A stretch of 51,824 bases of DNA from Candidatus Scatovivens sp. (lineage in GTDB: Bacteria; Bacillota; Clostridia; TANB77; CAG-508): contig JAZRKN010000019.1 in NCBI GenBank assembly GCA_045646345.1, positions 1 to 51,824 of the forward strand, read 5' to 3'. Position 1 is the stretch's first letter, and the number at the start of each line of letters is the position of its first letter. The notes under the pieces were generated by a model that saw only the letters and a program-made list of their open reading frames with translations, searched no databases and was not told the DNA's origin. Both the position numbers and the translations under genes were made by a program. Shown here in pieces: positions 47,204 to 51,824 of this stretch.

Positions 47204-49924
47204 ATGAAAAGACTAAAAAGAATAATAAGTATTGCTTTAATACTAGTAATGTTTCTTTCTGTTAGTCAAGTTTTAGCATCAAATTCGGAACTTGTAAATT
47301 TGATGAGTGAACCAGAATTTACAGAAGAATTTAATTCTTGGTTAAAACTTTCACCAGAAGAACAAGAAAAAGTAGGAATGCCAAGAAGTAGAGAGTATTT
47401 AAAACCTACTTATGTGACAAGAAACCCAATAAAATTAGCACAAAATGTAGGAAGTGTGACCCTAGGAAAATTTGACTTAAAAGAGTATATTCCTGAAAAT
47501 GTTGTAGTAAGAAATCAAATGGATACACCAACATGTTGGGCTTTTGCATCTATTGGAATGTTAGAAAGTACATTAGGATTTTCTAACTATAACAATGGTA
47601 AAGATGCGGTTACATATGATTTTTCAGAAAGACATATGCAATATGGGGTTACTAGAGTTTTTGCAAATGGAGAAATAAATACAAGGGGATTAAATACAAA
47701 CCTTGAGGCTGGAGGAAATTATCAATATTCTTTGCCATATTTATTATCAGGATTTGGACCAATAAAAGAATTAGATATGCCGTTTGAAAATAATTGCAAT
47801 TTAATAGAGTTAAATAAAATACAAAACAAAGAAACAGCTGCGTATATAAAAGATACTTTTGTTTTCCCAACTCATACTGGAGAAAATACAGCTGAAATAA
47901 TGCAATTAATGAAAGAACATATTAAAAAACATGGCGGAATAGAAGCTGGTATAAATGGAGCTTCGCTATTTGGAGAAGCTTATAATTTAGAAACAGGAGC
48001 TATGTTTGTTAATGATAAAGTGAAATTCCCTTATAATCATGATGTTTTAATTGTTGGATGGGATGATTCATATTCAAAAGAAAACTTTAATGAAGAGATG
48101 AGACCAAAAAATGATGGAGCATGGATTATAAAAAATTCATGGGGAACAAAAAGAGAAGAAACACTAGAACAAATGAAAGATACTATTTGGCAAATCATTA
48201 CAGAAGAAAACATGAACACAGAATGGAAGTCTGCTGAAGAAATACCAGATAGCGTTGCAAAGGAATTATATCAAGAACTTGGATTTAAAATTGAAGGTGA
48301 TAAAGCTGTATTGAATATTGGTAATAATGGTTTTATGTATTTGTCATATGAAGATGCAAATGTATACGATACTTTAATGGGAATCGAAAATGCATCAGAC
48401 GAAATGTATGACTATATTTACTTATATGATTATTTAGGAGCAATGGGAATTTTAAAACTTGCTACTCAAAAAGTTGTTATTGCCAATGTTTTTGATAAAC
48501 AATCAGATAAAACAGAATTTTTAACAGAAGTCGCTCTTGAAGTTTTAGAAACAACAACATGTAAAGTTTATGTGAATCCAAAAAATGATAGCAAATTAAA
48601 ATCTGACTTTATAGAAGTGGAATTGAAATCAGGAAAAACAGAAACTATAGATGCAGGACATCATACTTTAGAGTTTTTAAAGCCGGTAGAATTAACTGGT
48701 GAAAAATTTGTTGTAGCGATTGAACATTCTGGAACAAGAGTATCAGGATATAATGTTTCAACAGAAAGACCTATAGAAAACTCTGCGTGGTCTGTTGTAG
48801 AATTAGAAAAAGATAAAAGTTTCTGGACAACACCAGAATATTTTGGCGAAAATGCTTGGATATCATTCTCTGAATTAAGTGAAATATCAGATGGTGAAAT
48901 ATCTAATTCTGATACAACAATAAAAGCGATAACTGTTCTTGAAGAAAACAAGGATACAAATATTTTAGATAAAATAGAAATTACTACTCCACCAAATAAA
49001 ACAGAATATATTGAAGGTGAAGACTTTGACAAAAAAGGAATGGTAGTTTCAGCAGTTTACAAAAACGGAACAAAAGAAGAAATAACAGATTATACAGTAA
49101 AAAATGGAACAAATTTAAAAGTTGATCAAGAAGCTGTAATTATTGAATATCAAGAAAAAGTTGTAACACAAAAAATTACTGTAACAGCAAAAGTAACACC
49201 TCCAGACGATGAACAAAAACCTGGAGATGAACAAAAGCCTGGAGACGAACAAAAACCTGGAGATGAGCAAAAACCTGATGATGAACCAAAAGCAAAACCA
49301 GAAGTATCAGATTTTTCAAAAGTTGAAGCAAAAGTAAATTCAGTAAAAGCTTATTACTTTACAGATAAAAATTCAAAAGAATATATTACTATTGATCTTG
49401 ATTTAGATAAAATAACAAGAAAAGATAAAAATGATACTTACAAATATTATTATTATTTATCATCAAGTCCATCTACACAAAATATTAAAAAATGGGTAGA
49501 AATTAAAGAAGAACAAAAATTAAATACAAAACTTGAATTTGTTGTAAACACAAAAGATATTTCAAACTATACAGAAGTTTCAAAAGCTGAAAAGTTATAC
49601 ATATATATAAAAGAAGTTGTAACAAAAGGTGATTTATCAGAAGAAGTTACAACAAAAGCTATATTATTAGAAACACAAGGTAAAGTTGAAATTTATAAAG
49701 ACGGTGTAAAACAAACACCACAAGAAAACAAACCAGAAGAAAATAAACCAGAAGAAAATAAACCACAGGAAAACAAACCGCAAGAAAACAAACCAAAAGA
49801 TGAAACAACAGCAAATCAAAAATTACCAGCAGCCGGATTAAAAGCAGGAATGGTTCTTGTAATAGCTATTGTATCAATCTTTGGGACAGTTAAATTTGTT
49901 CAATATAAGAAAATGAATTTCTAA
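47204..49924 (+). CDS. Sortase-anchored papain-family (C1A) cysteine protease with lectin-like and Ig-like domains (Cwp84-like N-terminal half)
   Basis: Signal peptide; RNQ...CWAF, FSE, NHDVLIVGWDD, WIIKNSWG; lectin-like region (YDYLG, ANVF); Ig-like IEITTPPNKTEY.EG..FD..GM.V; KLPAAG + TM helix + KK. Confidence 0.9.
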   Translation: MKRLKRIISIALILVMFLSVSQVLASNSELVNLMSEPEFTEEFNSWLKLSPEEQEKVGMPRSREYLKPTYVTRNPIKLAQNVGSVTLGKFDLKEYIPENVVVRNQMDTPTCWAFASIGMLESTLGFSNYNNGKDAVTYDFSERHMQYGVTRVFANGEINTRGLNTNLEAGGNYQYSLPYLLSGFGPIKELDMPFENNCNLIELNKIQNKETAAYIKDTFVFPTHTGENTAEIMQLMKEHIKKHGGIEAGINGASLFGEAYNLETGAMFVNDKVKFPYNHDVLIVGWDDSYSKENFNEEMRPKNDGAWIIKNSWGTKREETLEQMKDTIWQIITEENMNTEWKSAEEIPDSVAKELYQELGFKIEGDKAVLNIGNNGFMYLSYEDANVYDTLMGIENASDEMYDYIYLYDYLGAMGILKLATQKVVIANVFDKQSDKTEFLTEVALEVLETTTCKVYVNPKNDSKLKSDFIEVELKSGKTETIDAGHHTLEFLKPVELTGEKFVVAIEHSGTRVSGYNVSTERPIENSAWSVVELEKDKSFWTTPEYFGENAWISFSELSEISDGEISNSDTTIKAITVLEENKDTNILDKIEITTPPNKTEYIEGEDFDKKGMVVSAVYKNGTKEEITDYTVKNGTNLKVDQEAVIIEYQEKVVTQKITVTAKVTPPDDEQKPGDEQKPGDEQKPGDEQKPDDEPKAKPEVSDFSKVEAKVNSVKAYYFTDKNSKEYITIDLDLDKITRKDKNDTYKYYYYLSSSPSTQNIKKWVEIKEEQKLNTKLEFVVNTKDISNYTEVSKAEKLYIYIKEVVTKGDLSEEVTTKAILLETQGKVEIYKDGVKQTPQENKPEENKPEENKPQENKPQENKPKDETTANQKLPAAGLKAGMVLVIAIVSIFGTVKFVQYKKMNF
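49208..49279 (+). repeat. 18-bp coding tandem repeat (DEQKPG x4)
   Basis: gatgaacaaaaacctgga-like units. Confidence 0.9.
49721..49795 (+). repeat. 15-bp coding tandem repeat ([Q/E]ENKP x5)
   Basis: caagaaaacaaacca-like units. Confidence 0.9.
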
Positions 49925-49930
49925 TAAGAG

Positions 49931-49963
49931 AAAAACTCTTTAGTAAAAACTAAAGAGTTTTTT
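49931..49963 (+). terminator. Intrinsic terminator after the protease gene
   Basis: aaaaactctttagt-aaa-actaaagagttttt. Confidence 0.85.
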
Positions 49964-50182
49964 ATAATATTTTCTTAAAAAATCATGTCATAAAAGGTCG
50001 AAATTTGAATTACAAAATAATGTTTTTTTACAATAAATGTATTGAAAAAAAATATCTTTTAGTATATAGTTAAGAAATGATAGAAGAACAATTTTATGTT
50101 TTTCAAAAACACAATTAATTTGTGGGTATTTTATAAATCTTTTTATAAAATGCAAAAGATAAAAAAGAAAGGGAGTATTAGA

Positions 50183-50785
50183 ATGATAGATAATAGTTTA
50201 ATACCATATGTAGTTGAACAAACAAGTAGAGGAGAAAGATCATATGATATTTTCTCAAGATTATTAAAAGATAGAATAATATTTTTATCAGAAGATGTAA
50301 ATCATGTTACAGCTAGCCTAGTTGTAGCACAACTTTTATTCTTAGAATCAGAAGATCCAGATAAAGAAATTTGTTTATATATAAATAGTCCAGGAGGATC
50401 AATAACAGACGGAATGGCAATTGTAGATACAATTAATTACATTAAATGTCCAGTTTCTACAATTTGTGTTGGTATGGCGGCAAGTATGGGAGCTGTACTT
50501 TTAGCATGTGGTGAAAAAGGAAAAAGATATGCAACACCAAATGCAGAGGTTATGATTCATCAACCATTAATCGGTGGTGGAGGTCTTTCAGGACAAACAA
50601 CAGAAATCAAAATTCACGCAGACCATATGGTTAAAACAAGAGAAAAATTGAATAAATTATTAAGCGAAAAAACAGGTCAAAGCTTAGAAGTAATCGAAAA
50701 AGATACTGAAAGAGATAATTACATGACTGCAGAACAAGCATTAGCGTATGGTTTAATAGATGGAATATTAGATAAAAGAAATTAA
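50183..50785 (+). CDS. clpP: ATP-dependent Clp protease proteolytic subunit
   Basis: [45 protein letters not shown]; start at ATG 50183 after GGGAG. Confidence 0.98.
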   Translation: MIDNSLIPYVVEQTSRGERSYDIFSRLLKDRIIFLSEDVNHVTASLVVAQLLFLESEDPDKEICLYINSPGGSITDGMAIVDTINYIKCPVSTICVGMAASMGAVLLACGEKGKRYATPNAEVMIHQPLIGGGGLSGQTTEIKIHADHMVKTREKLNKLLSEKTGQSLEVIEKDTERDNYMTAEQALAYGLIDGILDKRN

Positions 50786-50814
50786 TTTTTTCTAATAAAG
50801 GAAAGGAAACATAA

Positions 50815-51824
50815 ATGTCAAAAAATCAGGAAAGAATAGTAAAATGTTCTTTTTGTGGTAAACCACAAGAAGTTGTTAAAAAAATAATAGCTGGACCAGG
50901 CGTGTATATTTGTGATGAATGTATAGCTCTTTGCCAAGATATTATTGAAGAAGAAATTTATGAAGTTGAAGAAACAGTAGAACAAGTTGATATGTTAGTT
51001 CCTTCTGAAATCAAAAAAGTACTTGATGATTATGTAATTGGTCAAGAAGAAGCCAAAAAAACTTTATCAGTTGCTGTATATAACCATTATAAAAGAATAA
51101 ATAATTCTACAATATTAGATGATATAGAAATTCAAAAAAGTAATATTCTATTATTAGGACCTACAGGATGTGGTAAAACATTATTAGCCCAAACTTTAGC
51201 AAAAATATTAGATGTTCCATTTGCAATAGCAGATGCTACAACTCTAACAGAAGCAGGTTATGTAGGTGAAGACGTAGAAAATATTCTTTTAAAGTTAATA
51301 CAAGCGGCAGATTACGATGTTGAAAAAGCGCAAAAAGGAATTATATATATCGATGAAATTGATAAAATAACAAGAAAATCAGAAAATCCATCAATAACAA
51401 GAGATGTTAGTGGAGAAGGGGTACAGCAAGCATTACTTAAAATTATTGAGGGAACAACTGCATCAGTTCCACCTCAAGGAGGAAGAAAGCATCCACACCA
51501 AGAATTTATGCAAATAAATACAGAAAATATATTGTTTATCTGTGGAGGTGCTTTTGAAGGCTTAGAAAAAATGATAAAAGATAGAATAGGTAAAAAATCT
51601 ATCGGATTTGGGGCAAATATAGAAAGTACAAAAGAAATAGATAAATATAAAATATTTGAAGAATTATTACCTCAAGACTTATTGAAATTTGGATTAATTC
51701 CAGAATTTGTTGGAAGGCTTCCAATTATAGCTACATTAAGAGAGTTAGATAAAGATGCATTAATTGAAATAGTTACAAAACCAAAAAATGCATTAGTAAA
51801 ACAATACAAGAAATTATTAGCAAT
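50815..51824 (+). CDS. clpX: ATP-dependent Clp protease ATP-binding subunit ClpX (5' part, runs off the window; not in the ORF track)
   Basis: [18 protein letters not shown] Zn finger, [44 protein letters not shown]. Confidence 0.98.
   Translation, partial: MSKNQERIVKCSFCGKPQEVVKKIIAGPGVYICDECIALCQDIIEEEIYEVEETVEQVDMLVPSEIKKVLDDYVIGQEEAKKTLSVAVYNHYKRINNSTILDDIEIQKSNILLLGPTGCGKTLLAQTLAKILDVPFAIADATTLTEAGYVGEDVENILLKLIQAADYDVEKAQKGIIYIDEIDKITRKSENPSITRDVSGEGVQQALLKIIEGTTASVPPQGGRKHPHQEFMQINTENILFICGGAFEGLEKMIKDRIGKKSIGFGANIESTKEIDKYKIFEELLPQDLLKFGLIPEFVGRLPIIATLRELDKDALIEIVTKPKNALVKQYKKLLA

Noticed and set aside
49208-49795. Short tandem repeats as a possible CRISPR array
   Set aside because: In-frame coding repeats with synonymous variation, no unique spacers, no cas genes

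Overview
Very AT-rich chromosomal segment of an endospore-forming Clostridia-like bacterium (sigH, spoVM and a dacF-like gene are present; an uncultured, genome-reduced gut lineage is plausible but is inference). Genes are strongly biased to the + strand. Housekeeping genes (pnp 3' part, murB, rny, sigH, tRNA-Thr, ychF, metG, tmk, fba, smpB, class A PBP, rpmB, rpmE, pfk, tig, clpP, clpX 5' part) are interspersed with lineage-specific genes. I found no CRISPR array, rRNA, transposase, integrase or prophage. Main observations: (1) three apparently repurposed or degenerate enzymes: a HipA/CtkA-like pseudokinase directly behind fba, an orphan Wzz-BY-kinase fusion lacking the Tyr cluster but carrying a ~550-aa extension, and a membrane-anchored YvcK with a degenerate ligand motif; (2) a sortase with two KLPxAG substrates, one almost entirely N/T/K repeats and one a Cwp84-like papain protease splitting tig-clpP-clpX; (3) self-contained single-gene units (two paralogous lipoproteins with structured leaders and a shared promoter box, and a CxxC-HIT hydrolase), two of them with atypical composition; (4) a gene split by a single +1 frameshift; (5) small genes missing from the ORF track (spoVM, a 51-aa membrane ORF, a 10-Cys DUF1540-like protein, partial clpX).
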